A stretch of 64,000 bases of DNA, taken from positions 9,647 to 73,646 of the IMG/VR virus record IMGVR_UViG_3300043409_000785; one strand, given 5' to 3'. The number at the start of each line of letters is the position of its first letter. The stretch's first letter is position 1. This document shows, piece by piece, positions 39,601 to 47,701 of this stretch. This DNA comes from a virus. The notes under the pieces are model-generated. The model was given only the letters and a program-made list of their open reading frames with translations, was not told the DNA's origin and did no database searches. The position numbers and the translations under genes were made by a program.

Positions 39601-41006
39601 GCTGCTGTAGTGCCAAAGCCGTACAGACCACCTTCACCGGCCTGTTCACCAACTTGATCGTACATGTCCTGATTAGGATTAACCACAGCTTTGTTAAGCA
39701 GGTTCTGGCTAAACTGACCCCAACCAGATTGGATGCCCTCTTCCAAAGTCTCCTTGGCTCCATTTTGGGCAACGGTTTTCACAGAAGCACGGGCAAATGG
39801 ATTAGCCTCAAATGGGGCTACCAACTTACCGGCTGCAGCAGCTACAGGGGCTGTGATTGCACCAGCAGTGATACCAGCACGGTTAGCCAACTGAGTACGG
39901 GCCTGCTCTGGCGTCATCCCACTGGCAACATATCCACGGAAGGTTTCACTGTTTTTAGCCAGTTCTTCAAATGGCATCTTGGCAATAGCGTCTGCTGTTT
40001 GTTGGTAAACACCAGCACCTTCCATTGCACCAACAGTCAGTGGAAATGCTGCCTTATCAACAAGAGTGCCTAATTCTGAACCAGCCAGACCAGTGTTGAT
40101 TGGCCCACCAGACTTGATTACACCGGATTTACCCAGAGCACCGAAAATTCCCTTACCAGCCGTTGAAGCGCCCTTGGCCAAGACTGAACCAGACAGAAGA
40201 GATCCTACACCGCTGGAGATGCCACTTCCAAGAATAGCCGAATCATCTGCAGCGTTACTAACAGCGTTAATAGCACCACGACCCAGACGTTTAAGCCCCG
40301 CATAAAGTTCACCGTCACCATTGGATAAATCAATTTCTTGTTGTGCTTTGCTGTCACGAGAATCAAGTGCATTCCTTGCCTCGTTAACTTTTTTTCGTTG
40401 ATTCAACTCATCAGACTGAAGTGTGTTCTGTGTCCAGTTATTGAGTTTGGCAAGACCTTGAGCAGCAGACACACCAGCATCTTGGTTAACCAGTCCAAGA
40501 CCAAAAGCACCAATGTTCAAAGCTGGCATGACAAAGCCACTGCCAACATCCACAACAGAATCACGTATAGCCTGTCCAGCAGTACGACTAGCACCGGAAT
40601 CCAGAATGGCTTCTTGGTTAGCTTTGTTGGCTTGACTCATCATATCGGCAGCTTGACGACTACCGTATTTGAATCGAAGATCGTTTGGCCCCATAGTACG
40701 GATATCACGTTCGTACTCGGTCATCGTGTTACGACCTTGACCTGTCAGACCACCAACAGCAGTTTGATAAGACTGATCCAAGGAAGGAAGGATGCTTGGC
40801 TTACCCATAGCAGTCTTCTTTTGTTCTGCAGCGGCAGCTACGTTGACTTTCTTGGTATCAACTGTGCTTGGAGTAGTTCCATCAGAAAATGGATTTGCGT
40901 AAACACCATCCAAAGTTCGCTTGCTATCAACAGCTTGTCTGGTCGGATAAGTGTCAGCAGAAGTGTTGGTTGCGTACTGTGCCAGCAAGTCGTTGAAGTC
41001 TGTCAT
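27627..41006 (-). CDS. Virion-encapsidated RNA polymerase (N4 gp50-like), extended to about 4460 aa
   Basis: GEADGMQNG (motif A), KRGAAKSPVTVTIYG (B), PVFDG (C); HEMVH zincin motif; C-terminal EEFVNY; no Cys seen. Confidence 0.95.
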   Translation of the reverse strand: MTDFNDLLAQYATNTSADTYPTRQAVDSKRTLDGVYANPFSDGTTPSTVDTKKVNVAAAAEQKKTAMGKPSILPSLDQSYQTAVGGLTGQGRNTMTEYERDIRTMGPNDLRFKYGSRQAADMMSQANKANQEAILDSGASRTAGQAIRDSVVDVGSGFVMPALNIGAFGLGLVNQDAGVSAAQGLAKLNNWTQNTLQSDELNQRKKVNEARNALDSRDSKAQQEIDLSNGDGELYAGLKRLGRGAINAVSNAADDSAILGSGISSGVGSLLSGSVLAKGASTAGKGIFGALGKSGVIKSGGPINTGLAGSELGTLVDKAAFPLTVGAMEGAGVYQQTADAIAKMPFEELAKNSETFRGYVASGMTPEQARTQLANRAGITAGAITAPVAAAAGKLVAPFEANPFARASVKTVAQNGAKETLEEGIQSGWGQFSQNLLNKAVVNPNQDMYDQVGEQAGEGGLYGFGTTAAIAGPSAVKNAVSDSSKYLWGKASTAMSESVAKLEAGNEAASPLAPNKIAAEVAATQAAMPETAAAIQAGIDTSDLNQEEKTEGQAYAAKLTGALNYGEQDAAAFAGTPLVDVVAGSKDKAEAMLKLAQFVNANSEGDVGTVNFAAALELNNYVFDLEDALRSEPASLSKLPDDHPAVVRMKAIKDTLAKINAQPIVKKTLARIDAFVVAENAKAGANLTEQSMATPEGQLAAQNAANAIAHDPAKANPALVNAVLAHAASGKLVLTEKQQKGVAIAKGLFDMSREDFANRERLGLKTQDIVSNQIQSAEYLGKGQLSAVQHATEIYKAYRANDIAGARVLLEDFRKFAETIQNKMAAFNQHLLTGRGDVKKAVPYTTLGQTDRMFKDSASGVWVKPWNEASVQLMQDVAADARMIAAAYNNLKDTFSELNGQELKAVALDSRIDKPAAEVVAAFKTGVKPVSPITTNTTVDDLFDEDGRRRFPNSPAVRKFKEEHGVGADAVRLLIAAKESGTLLTIAEAKAQEKEILAARKAQLERSQSPEGRAESDAAEAAKAAEKLKEREGVVTKNQPNGISDGLYEDSETGLKFEVKNGIVFSEGAGGEMVPHGDLRKGKVDGNGVAFSARLARGEITNVSKNEGKVNTSVEPVKSLLKNIQVGVDKAKALLEKPTAEDSVKLKNVIEWANKKITAINELMAGSVSEADATALSTALEEMNALVDEATSAINSQTSMKTEPTEEELDQLQNMGFTPVDGEELTWRRGDVDVEFSPEAEDYSTAWLVYDLQDGIPVNEEGVVSPLEFAIWNEAADFIESIPVLSGIRHNMEIVGKSLSNTGSLEDIEANRKFNENYFKKTLEKLNDFIGVYESHNIYGLPNDLAPLHDLRKDIENLLDKLGEDSSVDLSTATPEQKKEVRQLLKLIRETTRAEKKAVRENPASLWNALKHSMTEWDLNQIFGPDWKKTRTFLKGKPGQKLSTYTADGRLDDFLPPNMRFGSERQVNDGYTAPNEESSAELYIANKLGQGNYLTYDTEMLLGQIGTSLQELEQALNAEDLQNALKEVEAELAKQKANREARRLAKAAATASQTTTGSDPGTSVPQAPQGSVATAKPAEVVGINIYSKSTDALGRALTNPTYDKYTLDSVPGLANVPTKFKDAERWYLANKATTGTAAEKLAADMLTMKAVIIAKLQKYPELVTQITERGGKEFLKASEHTVGVKGSRWEGVGSKSNFMKVLNAAYQDVLNGVPAVEPKKKVEPPATSTPAAVAPTAVAEPSADTGIVVPMNYRDGQDASHVMRSEFKGKSTMDLILSGDRTASTRNDLAGFKGLKKGDVFTVKNTYTGQKAQVRATTDPYLVSSVTAEEWSKLEGWAPSLYAKYKGKIAYQMQYELVNKPVTAEPSATVVSSLVQEEEADPIEEEDVSDVTPFVYTGEATGLRDEPKFSNLFGGAANRFLDAYKLPAAAISRIALVNTALETISSAVTSTENMTETMGKKPKAGYSDQLGNLYKQYVSRVGAQVVDAVKAKLAARLAYAPETGKNIGVTIQEQITASGFVNTWDTGKVFNLLNNNNGKLTYNETLLEGAVLAALQWLITSEGVTSRLTNKSVAGIFGIQEGEVPSGLATEMSIGQGELDAVTALGDKIRQYWGLEGNKDYPMDQVIGIANSMAAEILATMVGITVDTKQGPISLLSKQEFNWNTPILDAKGKQVLNKKGFPAIDRKTHNRILIDLRAVVGKHVKSLQSYPDAIEQAVLVTPEQTVYLEDERPSVARTQMRNPGAKNKKQALKAIEATQNTPYNFTHQYKLYEALGFDNMLKLFGFGSLSKEEKQNKFNKNHLKSVEGTNQGIVSGMLGMDFLRSQVDVRAEAVGKTSEEVGVHFPMQPSKVQRLQQKGRNTPQGDKLMRAVLSPHTTVINLDNKNEASYKNFLIAIAQAVGMKIERIKPDLVREQIKKQLHTELQPAVEVLQKWVNDQGAIQADATDIFIESFNNAGLELNNLALQALTEYARYLNTAKDSDERKNFTTTLYGEADGMQNGPGGAMILHSTGAFTVHELQMMRKVGYYPGKEGWTAQDQFVADDVDTYGTVANTASTLIEESKAVYDATSAPGDTQASNQVQHMLNLLELLFEGNVTFNEKGELKIKRGAAKSPVTVTIYGAGQYGIAAKIVGIITDELYSKMSDVAAAKYADRNADEATIMFGSRENFNKFTGAWEALTNFYVKTDRDSGITSLGQSDVYTPRVESVNHETAVGFTVDENAKATLTGNVKTLFVEPMDTAIRQTMGASLMSSMELIRQATQVQTLFLEDAFKTEVAKALDKKKKEDPNHQEGDFLSENELKKVLEKLKYMMPKIDTGNMEYYLAGSQSNRLENVKAFGSSLDGQFKTPAMASGPKDLGVGGIAALNIGMVDGQMIMNFYWDGDVVGTLPVFDGINLPLDKLGEYSEKANKAIFDAWMGNAMKALSESYSVFMQDTDGEIIRIAVDKPILFKKLASAFYGPSLKVDQMDGEKLSWLRTDLSLELVKVNEKLKNAAIEVEIRHLAMQDISAGIDQMAGFSSPYQHQGTISVEGMSDEKIIEVLNERREFHRERVTKQLSKTQDISEAISNSGYHDMATGAKVFYQENLSFLGSQMNIPQEQRWMYNELVNSKALEGWTFITGTNEQIRAKAEQLGVAAEHLNNLEKGLTLTGQKIIIFPNATGETLVHEMVHAATFSIIHAHYSGTLPGKGNADIAGAVGGLEILMRQFMELSEELPALSTETMQQYLHARSVIQIHLNQGKNPLAQASALNEFMAYTQSNPALIRMTKNTTANPLVRISKMVLEFIKELVWGKRAPKVGGDMFTNIRFNTALLARYQPSIAATMAAASTAVLPHSSPKNDLRLRGIRDNFLKRIPNHLKMPLTKDGVLTGKVTTTAIQVATEAAMTLNAHGFPMEPIEQSTFTSIVQTLATQAVIDPNTMARAQELFTLATKTLTVADFIDPSNTDAGSALYYANEQYNAVMGNYYEGKDALGRSTLLPVFMGLAITNEKFRGVLSKLELPKTKLKDWDSLDSAFENAGNSLMEKLSLRLSGEGKHAPNVQAAIDALTEHLMSTANNDLLTRMTEGFADWRETRLNKRNNRLLGYIDKSAKALHKASVSALKNPQYGKFSQTLGKLGELTSAIINEDNAEIVAQGIVSTINKVDGFRTLREVIADIVGRTDSNAEIYDQNKLVRTMVSQDRQHYRDDLPGVILEQFSRTVTKEEMTAMFHGLGKTDIALLRESMKDAEIRELFTKPSALPMAIRTVETQLKTADPQHWNQVEKKARQLADYMNGKGYGNNLLRNAESVANLFDEPQQAKRTKPDEAYIKAVDKLVSLYAIDGLSNENLSSLSSLVQSEAQGVDFVMAYLTGQRAEEMRKANASLTARMNYFKGFVPSSQDGNVTMVVASDAEYSKLIGKSYTKVESYKGSSLVGGEPRSYYFANVPGRAAYNQGTMQNARQTAGGIDLATGFTDGLMTAGRITDRKLVYRLAQNLRNERATTEPLLPVRSADGVIVAFERAVDPKQLERLSQSTDLAKMIGVWRGRQVEEAKVQVFNEALVDAAKKMYKTDLQNSSSKKAEYINVFDPKEQKKDPVLADAVRLLNPETIKYIEDVFGKGTFMVRKELANDMLGYRGATIGDFWTGNHRWSPETEAAVKNLAISVFGNKAYQYMVNGERILQNVVGSAKTLIVMKSIIVPISNLIGNVYQLISRGVPLLSIAKGMPRKTLEVDSYSKSRRREVKVEALLRAAEGDVINTRKLSAELQSIRDSYRRMSIWPLIEAGQFSSISDMEVASEDVQLTSGKLHEYIESLVDKLPTSIRNAGRYALVTKDTALFQGLQKAVNYGDFIAKAVLYDDLTQRKGLTSKEALARITEEFVNYDRLPGRSRGYLESVGMLWFYNFKLRLVKIALSTIRNNPVHALVVGMMPKPDLFGSIGTPITDNLFSKAWSGGLGNSIGPGMLFNAPMLLPTVNAVFD

Positions 41007-41060
41007 TCTGGTTTCCAAGATATAAATTTGAGCTAGGTTGTAGTGTAACTCTACATAGAC

Positions 41061-41092
41061 AAAAGCCCCGCCTCAAGTGAAGCAGGGCTTTC
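41061..41092 (-). terminator. Intrinsic terminator after the gp51-like gene
   Basis: aaagccc...gggcttt hairpin with a T-run on the - strand. Confidence 0.6.
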
Positions 41093-41109
41093 AAATAGAG
41101 CTGAATTAG

Positions 41110-43263
41110 TTACTGAGGTGCCAGCAGTACCTTGCCAGTTTTAGCCAAGTAAGCTTTAGCACGTTCTGCGACAAGTCTTTCTTGTTCGAGCTTGGCAATA
41201 CGTTCTGCTTCTTTTGCTGCTGCTTCACTGGCTTTTCTAGCTTCAGTCTGTTGACGAAGCCATGTTGCACGAAGTGGTGAATCTTTAGCTGGCTCTTCAG
41301 TAATTGCTTTGGCAATTGCTGTTGAGGCATCACCCCAAGAACCAGTAACACCCTGTTGTGGTATTACCTTGCCAGCAATAGTCTTGGCAACTGGTGGGGG
41401 TTTATCAGTTGTCTTATCTGGAAACTCTTGCTTGGCTACTTTAGAGTTGTCTTGTCTCAGAATGGCGTCTTGGTATTGCTTCTCAGCAGTTGCTAGTCGC
41501 TGCTCAGAACGAAGCACCGAACCAGCAAGAGCTGGGTTATCTGCAGCACGAGCACGAAGCTGCAGATACTCTTGATTTGCTGCTGTGAATTTATCTTTAG
41601 CAGCATCGACAGCCGCACCAATAGCAACGATGGCGTCATTCTCAGCTACTCGACTTTGACCCATTGGCGTTTTTAGCGCATTTGCGAGAGCCTCAATACG
41701 CTTCTCGTTTGGTTCATAACCAGTACCTTTAAAGGCATTTCCAGTAAGCCATTGTGGCAATGTGAACCTAACACTACCAGAACCCATACCTTTATTGAGC
41801 AAAATCTCACCGGCCAATGCAGGTGTAATTTCGTATTTTTCAGATATTCTGTTAATTTCCTCCATAAGTACAGGATGTGGGATAGTCTTCCATTTTTCAT
41901 TAAGAGCGGTAGCAATGTCAGATGGGTTACTGAGATCACCTCCCTTAGCCATTACGCTAGATAGACCAGTAAGGTTCTTCATACTCAGTGCCATCTTGGC
42001 ATCTAACGTAGCACTTGCCCCAGCACTATTGAGTTCTGCTGGTGTATTTAACTTAGCACGTTTAGCTGCATCAATCAGTCCTGCAACAGCGTCAGTACCG
42101 CCGTTAACTGCCTGTTTATCATAGTAGTCAAGACGTTCCATCCAAGTGCTGCGATTTTCAGCGTGCTTGGGTTGTTTTAGCAAATCTTCATAGTGTGCTC
42201 TTCGCAGAGCATTGAACTTAACTGGATCACCTCCAGACTGTTCAACCCATTTCTTAGCATTACCTGGGCCTTGGTTCACAGCTGCATCCATAGCCGTACC
42301 CTGAATAGCTGGTGGCAAGCTATCACCACCAATTGCATCCCAGTAGCGTTCTTTGTAAAGCTGAACTGCTTTGTCTTTTGTCAGGTTTTTAACATCAATG
42401 TCTGGGTTTGCTTTTTGGTTTATACCAAAATTAGCAGGAGCACCACTAGCACCATCACTAGAAGTGTATCCACCCTCACGACGAAGAATTGATTCTGTGG
42501 CCCCAGCAAACCCTGGAGTAATGCCACCGCCACCAACTGCACCAGCTTGAGGTCCAAACGCAGAACCCCAACCTGCTGCTGCAATAAGGTTTTGTACACC
42601 CTGCTTAACTTCAGGTGCTGCATTAGCCCATTTTGGATTCTTAAAAAGAAGTGCTGGAATGTCAGAAGCAACACCAATTCCTGGAATGATTTCTGAAGCA
42701 ATAGCTGAAGCTTCTTGGCTTTGAACATCCTTGCGGATACCAACACCTGTGTTTGCAATGCCACCAACATTCTTGAACATATCAAGAAGCTGGTCACCCC
42801 GCAAATTACCAAAGGATGCAGCACCCTGGGCTGTACGCATACCTGCTGTGTCGCCTCTAGCAGCAGCACCAGCATAGATCAACAAATCAGGAACAGAAGC
42901 GTCTAATGCAGCATCTTTTTCCTGAGTACGCTTCATGTTGTACATGTTGGTGTTCTGAGCTGTCAGGTCACTAACACCCTTGTCCATTGCATTAAATGTA
43001 TCAGTGCTAACTCGACGGGGATCAATACCTTGCAGAAATTCGCCAGAAGCTAGAGCCTGTTGTCTGGCTGCAGGGTCTTGGTAACGCTGCATTGCTGCTC
43101 TAATTCCTTGGTTCACACCATTGGAAATAGAGTCGTCGTAAGCAGTGACAGCACCAGTGGCTGTAGCACCAGCACGGTTGATCAGATCACTGAAAGTCTT
43201 GTAGCCATCCAGACTCCCTGAGAAGTTTGGGGCATCTACATTGCGCCAAGTAAGTTGAGCCAT
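41110..43263 (-). CDS. Ejection protein (N4 gp51-like) with an internal GH108 lysozyme-like domain
   Basis: MAQLTWRNVDAP N-terminus; REGGY...FGI...LT...A..LY..RYW...D.AVN.G. Confidence 0.85.
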   Translation of the reverse strand: MAQLTWRNVDAPNFSGSLDGYKTFSDLINRAGATATGAVTAYDDSISNGVNQGIRAAMQRYQDPAARQQALASGEFLQGIDPRRVSTDTFNAMDKGVSDLTAQNTNMYNMKRTQEKDAALDASVPDLLIYAGAAARGDTAGMRTAQGAASFGNLRGDQLLDMFKNVGGIANTGVGIRKDVQSQEASAIASEIIPGIGVASDIPALLFKNPKWANAAPEVKQGVQNLIAAAGWGSAFGPQAGAVGGGGITPGFAGATESILRREGGYTSSDGASGAPANFGINQKANPDIDVKNLTKDKAVQLYKERYWDAIGGDSLPPAIQGTAMDAAVNQGPGNAKKWVEQSGGDPVKFNALRRAHYEDLLKQPKHAENRSTWMERLDYYDKQAVNGGTDAVAGLIDAAKRAKLNTPAELNSAGASATLDAKMALSMKNLTGLSSVMAKGGDLSNPSDIATALNEKWKTIPHPVLMEEINRISEKYEITPALAGEILLNKGMGSGSVRFTLPQWLTGNAFKGTGYEPNEKRIEALANALKTPMGQSRVAENDAIVAIGAAVDAAKDKFTAANQEYLQLRARAADNPALAGSVLRSEQRLATAEKQYQDAILRQDNSKVAKQEFPDKTTDKPPPVAKTIAGKVIPQQGVTGSWGDASTAIAKAITEEPAKDSPLRATWLRQQTEARKASEAAAKEAERIAKLEQERLVAERAKAYLAKTGKVLLAPQ

Positions 43264-43272
43264 GGTAATTCC

Positions 43273-43737
43273 TTACTTGGGCAGAGAGTTCTTGCTGAGA
43301 TAGGCTTGACGGTCTTGTTCAGACATACCTTGAGTCTTAGCACGGGAATTGATACGATCCTCCAAAGCTGTGTTGTAAGACTGGGTTTGGTTGTTCAAAT
43401 TCTTTTCAGCCATCATCTTGGTGAAGTCAAATTGTTTGTTTGCCAAACCAAGAGACTTAAAACCACCCCACAGATTGCCCAAAGTCTGCAGTCCACCAAT
43501 ACCTAGATTGATCATCCCTGCGTTGTCACCAAGGGTCTTAAACCAGTCAGGTGAACTATTTTTATCCAGTCCAAAGCTAGGCATCTGGAAACCTTGCATT
43601 GGATTGACAAGACCATTGCTACTTGGGTCAGCAAAACTCATTTGAGTTGGTTGCATGTTTGAACCAGGACCAAAAGAGAACTGGTTAGTGTTGGTAGGCA
43701 TACCCATGCCATAAGGGGTGAGATCAAACATTCCCAT
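43273..43737 (-). CDS. Virion/ejection protein (N4 gp52-like)
   Basis: Synteny; NLNNQTQSYNTALEDR. Confidence 0.8.
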   Translation of the reverse strand: MGMFDLTPYGMGMPTNTNQFSFGPGSNMQPTQMSFADPSSNGLVNPMQGFQMPSFGLDKNSSPDWFKTLGDNAGMINLGIGGLQTLGNLWGGFKSLGLANKQFDFTKMMAEKNLNNQTQSYNTALEDRINSRAKTQGMSEQDRQAYLSKNSLPK

Positions 43738-43746
43738 GATTTTCTT

Positions 43747-46095
43747 TCAAGTAGGTAAATCGGTTGTTAGTGTGAGTTCTGAAAATCTACTCAGCATGTT
43801 CATAGATAGTTCTGCTATCTCAGAGCCTGTCATGAGAGTTCTACCCAAAAACTTATCTGAAGATTCTAAGGTAATGTGCGAGGAATCTGTCAACTTCATT
43901 GGATCAATCAGACCTTGCCCATAGCCAATGTTCTGTTCAAACAGTCGTTGTACCTCATCCATCTTGCCTTTGTAAGACTGCAACATGGCTTGAGTGTCTG
44001 CCAACACTTCCATTGTAGAAGCTCTGAGATAAGCTGACACACCATTACCTACAGCTTGAGTAAGCTTTAGTAGATTCTCAGCTTTCATCATGTTAGAGAA
44101 GTTAGCAGCACTACTGGCGTCTGCATTGATCTGACCGTTAACAATCAAAATGACATTAACGATTGCAACGATCAATGCAGCGTTCTTTTCCCCAAAGATT
44201 TCAACGGCTACTTTTTCAATAACTTTAGTGGCAACCAATGTTGCTAGTGCAGTCGGCAATCCGTAAAAGTAAGCCTGAACGACAAAAACAATAACCTTGA
44301 ACAACCCGGTCTGATACCATTTCTGTTTGAACTCTTGATAGCAGTTGAAGACAATAAAGCAGCAAGCGGTTGACACCTGGGTGCTGTCTATCAGCGACAT
44401 ACTTTTGTAGATGCCAGCGTGCAATGGAACAATGAATCCAGACTCAGAAGTATCACCCAAAGCCTCTACCGCATTGATCTCTACAGCCTTACCACCGTAG
44501 ATCAAATTACGATGTTTCAACCCTGAAATTTTAAGGCTCTTCCAGGTGTTGTCTGTGTCTTGCCAGTACAGTGTAATGTGCTCTACAGTGATTGACGTTA
44601 CTGAGGTGATCAAGCCTGCCCTGTCAGTTTCAATGCCATAAGCAGTCATGTCGTAAGTGTCAGTGCCGCTTACCTCAAACCACAAGTCACCTTGCTTGGC
44701 ATCAGGCTTCTTATGGCCGTAGCCAGTTTCTTCCTTGATGCCTGCCCAGTGAATCAGCATATCGTAGTTCATTACAGGACGATTGCCAGAAGTGATCTGC
44801 ACCTTGTAATCCGGGAATGGGGGATATGGTTTTACTACTGGTTCTGGTGAACTAAAGGAAGAACTACCATGCTCTCCTTGGGCATTCTTCCAAGCAGTCC
44901 AGGCTTCAAGTGAAGCTTTGGCCTCTGCCATCTTGATTTCCCAATCCCCTAAAGCATCAGATACGGGTTGAGCTTCTAACAGTGTTTTGAAAAATTGGTA
45001 CAGATACTTTTTGCAAGAATTGTCTTTGACATTCAGAGACACACCAAACACTGTGTAGGCATAGTCAATATCACCCAGAGAAGCATTGTCAGATACCTTC
45101 TCAATGATGTCATCCAGTTTGCCTGTGGTGACTTTCTTTAATGCTTTCTTAGCGCCTGCATAGACATCTGGGTAGTAGGTATCCGAGACAAACTGGTTAT
45201 CCAGTCGGATGGGAATGAATGGAAAAAACTCTCCCATGTCTTTTGTGCCACTGAATAATTCATCCAAGTTAGTATTGCCACTTTCAAACTTGTAGATGAA
45301 ATACTTCAGTGGTGACCAAACTTTATGAACAATCTTTTGAGTATCTATTCTGTACCATTTGGGTGAAAGACTTCTGTGCTGAATCTCTTTAGTCGAGTAG
45401 GTGTAGTCACCCACATCGCCTTGACCTTTATAGGTAGTCTTTACCCACGTACTACCATCAATAGTCCATCCAGTAAGACTGGGGAATGATTCAGTTGAGC
45501 CAAGGAAAATAGTAGTTCCTGTTATGACTGGTCCAGGTGTGCCTTCTTTGGTTAATGAGTAGCTGGCGTATAGATAACGAGCATTGGGATCAAAGTCATC
45601 TGGAGTGAATGTTGACTCAGTGCTGTCTTCATAAGTGATTGTGATCTTGCCAGTGTTGGCAGAGTAATCTGCCACCCAGTCTGAAGTAAACAGCTCAGGA
45701 TGATTGGTCAGCATGTACTGCTCAGCCCAATAGGTGAAGTCAGCCCAGCCTACAGAAGAAGTCTGGAGCTGTACTGTCTCACCCACAGCATGATCAATCT
45801 CTTCAATCAAAACCTTTTGGTCTAACTGGTTTCCTACTTCTATGGTTCCAGACACCAAACCAACTGTGTCACTATAACCAGTACGCTTTGCCCAGTCAGG
45901 GAAGTGTCTAAAACGAATGCCTGGTCCCTTTAAATAGCCAGAACTAATGTTGGCTGCCATAGACGATTTGCTATTACCGATCACATTGGAAGTGACAAGT
46001 GACTTCAAATAATCTGGACGTTTCGCCTCATCCCCTGCCATGTTGTACACGACAGAAGACACAACAATAGTCTTGGAGCTACCGAAGAGTCCCAC
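43747..46095 (-). CDS. Structural protein (N4 gp53-like)
   Basis: MGLF...VSSVVYN; KWYQTG followed by hydrophobic segments. Confidence 0.8.
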   Translation of the reverse strand: MGLFGSSKTIVVSSVVYNMAGDEAKRPDYLKSLVTSNVIGNSKSSMAANISSGYLKGPGIRFRHFPDWAKRTGYSDTVGLVSGTIEVGNQLDQKVLIEEIDHAVGETVQLQTSSVGWADFTYWAEQYMLTNHPELFTSDWVADYSANTGKITITYEDSTESTFTPDDFDPNARYLYASYSLTKEGTPGPVITGTTIFLGSTESFPSLTGWTIDGSTWVKTTYKGQGDVGDYTYSTKEIQHRSLSPKWYRIDTQKIVHKVWSPLKYFIYKFESGNTNLDELFSGTKDMGEFFPFIPIRLDNQFVSDTYYPDVYAGAKKALKKVTTGKLDDIIEKVSDNASLGDIDYAYTVFGVSLNVKDNSCKKYLYQFFKTLLEAQPVSDALGDWEIKMAEAKASLEAWTAWKNAQGEHGSSSFSSPEPVVKPYPPFPDYKVQITSGNRPVMNYDMLIHWAGIKEETGYGHKKPDAKQGDLWFEVSGTDTYDMTAYGIETDRAGLITSVTSITVEHITLYWQDTDNTWKSLKISGLKHRNLIYGGKAVEINAVEALGDTSESGFIVPLHAGIYKSMSLIDSTQVSTACCFIVFNCYQEFKQKWYQTGLFKVIVFVVQAYFYGLPTALATLVATKVIEKVAVEIFGEKNAALIVAIVNVILIVNGQINADASSAANFSNMMKAENLLKLTQAVGNGVSAYLRASTMEVLADTQAMLQSYKGKMDEVQRLFEQNIGYGQGLIDPMKLTDSSHITLESSDKFLGRTLMTGSEIAELSMNMLSRFSELTLTTDLPT

Positions 46096-46098
46096 AGC

Positions 46099-46932
46099 TT
46101 AACCCAGGTTGTTATTGGTCTTGAGTACAGTCAGCACCTCATCCAAACTTGCGTTGGTAAATCCATTTGGCGGCAGCAAACCTTCATCAATGGTCTTCTG
46201 AGTAATCCAGGCGTCAACAAACATCTTGGCTGCTTTGGCTTCAGAATCACGCTGATAGGAGGTAATCTGCTGGTTGTATAACTCACGTTGTTTACCTAAC
46301 GTGCCGCTAACAGGTACTCCATCAACCCGTGTATCCAAAGTTTGTGCTCGTTGAGCTTCTACCTGCTCACGCAGCAATGTAAGCTGTGCAGGCATCAAAT
46401 TATCAAGCTGGTACTTCAATGTGCCATACTGAGCGTCTTCTGTAGCAAGCTTAAGCTTGGTCAGTGCGTAATCTACTTCAGCAGTAAGTGCCTGAAACTG
46501 CAAAGCAGCATGCTGAACCTTGGCAGATTCCAGACCAATACGCGCTGTAATGGCAGCAATCTGAGCTGTCTGGGCCTGCCAGAATGCTTGATCCCTGCCA
46601 AGCAAGAATTGAACTGCACCCCCCATAGCCGATTCCGTCAAGGCAATGAACGCCTTGGTGTACTCAGCCCCAGTAATCCGGTTAGCGTTGTACTCCACCT
46701 TGAGGTGCGCAGCAAAGCTTTTCATGAGTACATCAAACGTACCAGTGCCATCCACCCCAGTGGTCAAATCAGCATTTGTCAGCTTGGTCAGCAAAGCGTA
46801 CATTGCTGCAGTAACGTCACCTGGGACTGCAAATTCTGATCCAGTCAGATCGACATTGGGCACTTCAAAAGATACCCCCTCAGTCAAACTGACAAGCAAA
46901 GCATTGGCTTCGATGTCCGATTCATAGCTCAT
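46099..46932 (-). CDS. Structural protein (N4 gp54-like)
   Basis: GTGTFDVLM..HL..EY...RITG; GKQ..LY.QQI. Confidence 0.8.
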   Translation of the reverse strand: MSYESDIEANALLVSLTEGVSFEVPNVDLTGSEFAVPGDVTAAMYALLTKLTNADLTTGVDGTGTFDVLMKSFAAHLKVEYNANRITGAEYTKAFIALTESAMGGAVQFLLGRDQAFWQAQTAQIAAITARIGLESAKVQHAALQFQALTAEVDYALTKLKLATEDAQYGTLKYQLDNLMPAQLTLLREQVEAQRAQTLDTRVDGVPVSGTLGKQRELYNQQITSYQRDSEAKAAKMFVDAWITQKTIDEGLLPPNGFTNASLDEVLTVLKTNNNLG

Positions 46933-46960
46933 GATCATTCTTTCCTTGGTTCAAAATAAA

Positions 46961-46991
46961 ACGGCCCGACCTATGAAGGTATCGAGCCGTT
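46961..46991 (-). terminator. Probable terminator
   Basis: acggcccga...tcgagccgt hairpin; T-rich tail on the - strand. Confidence 0.55.
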
Positions 46992-47009
46992 CATGCCGAG
47001 CAACTGCGC

Positions 47010-47639
47010 TTAGTCAGCAGTGCTACCAGCAGCGGCTTGGACAGCAGCCAATCGGTTCAGCTCTTCACGGGTCAACTGAGGCAAAACATCCAAAGAAAAT
47101 TCTTTGGCCCAGTTGCTTTCCACTTTCGTAGTGCCTTCTTTGCGATTGCGTACCGTGCGAATGTTCAAGAATTTGCGAGAGTCCAGTTCACGGTAAATGC
47201 AGTAAGGAACGTGGAAACCATCATCAGTAACTTCACCAAAGGGCACAAATTTCTTGATCGTACCAAGATATTCATTGGCTACAGTAATGACCTCACCCTG
47301 AAGATCCTTCTTCTTGGGATCCAGGTTGGTAATGCGAAGGCGTACCAATTTCATCTGGGTATCCCGCATGTACTGTCGCAGGCTTGGAGTTTTTGCTGCG
47401 GGCTGTTGTTCAATCAACGGATTGACAATTTGCACGGGCTTTTCCAGATCAGGCTTTACTGCATCAACACCATTCATCTTTTCCTGAATGCGCTTCTTAA
47501 GCGTTTCTAAGCTGATGTTGTTTGAGTAGCTGATGCCCATGACCGTAGCCCGTTGTTTGAGCATAGTCAGCTGATCAATTTGTAGATCATCAGTGTCAGT
47601 GTCAACAGTGTCTGCAGAGAGGGTTTGATCGTCGCTCAT
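47010..47639 (-). CDS. N4 gp55-like protein
   Basis: KLVR.RITNLDP.K..L.GE; LPQLT.EEL. Confidence 0.8.
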   Translation of the reverse strand: MSDDQTLSADTVDTDTDDLQIDQLTMLKQRATVMGISYSNNISLETLKKRIQEKMNGVDAVKPDLEKPVQIVNPLIEQQPAAKTPSLRQYMRDTQMKLVRLRITNLDPKKKDLQGEVITVANEYLGTIKKFVPFGEVTDDGFHVPYCIYRELDSRKFLNIRTVRNRKEGTTKVESNWAKEFSLDVLPQLTREELNRLAAVQAAAGSTAD

Positions 47640-47664
47640 GTATTTATTCCTTGGTTCAAAATTG

Positions 47665-47693
47665 GGTAGCAAAGTATTTCTACTTTGCTACCC
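47665..47693 (-). terminator. Terminator after the capsid gene
   Basis: gggtagcaaagta...tactttgctaccc hairpin. Confidence 0.7.
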
Positions 47694-47701
47694 AGACTGG
47701 G

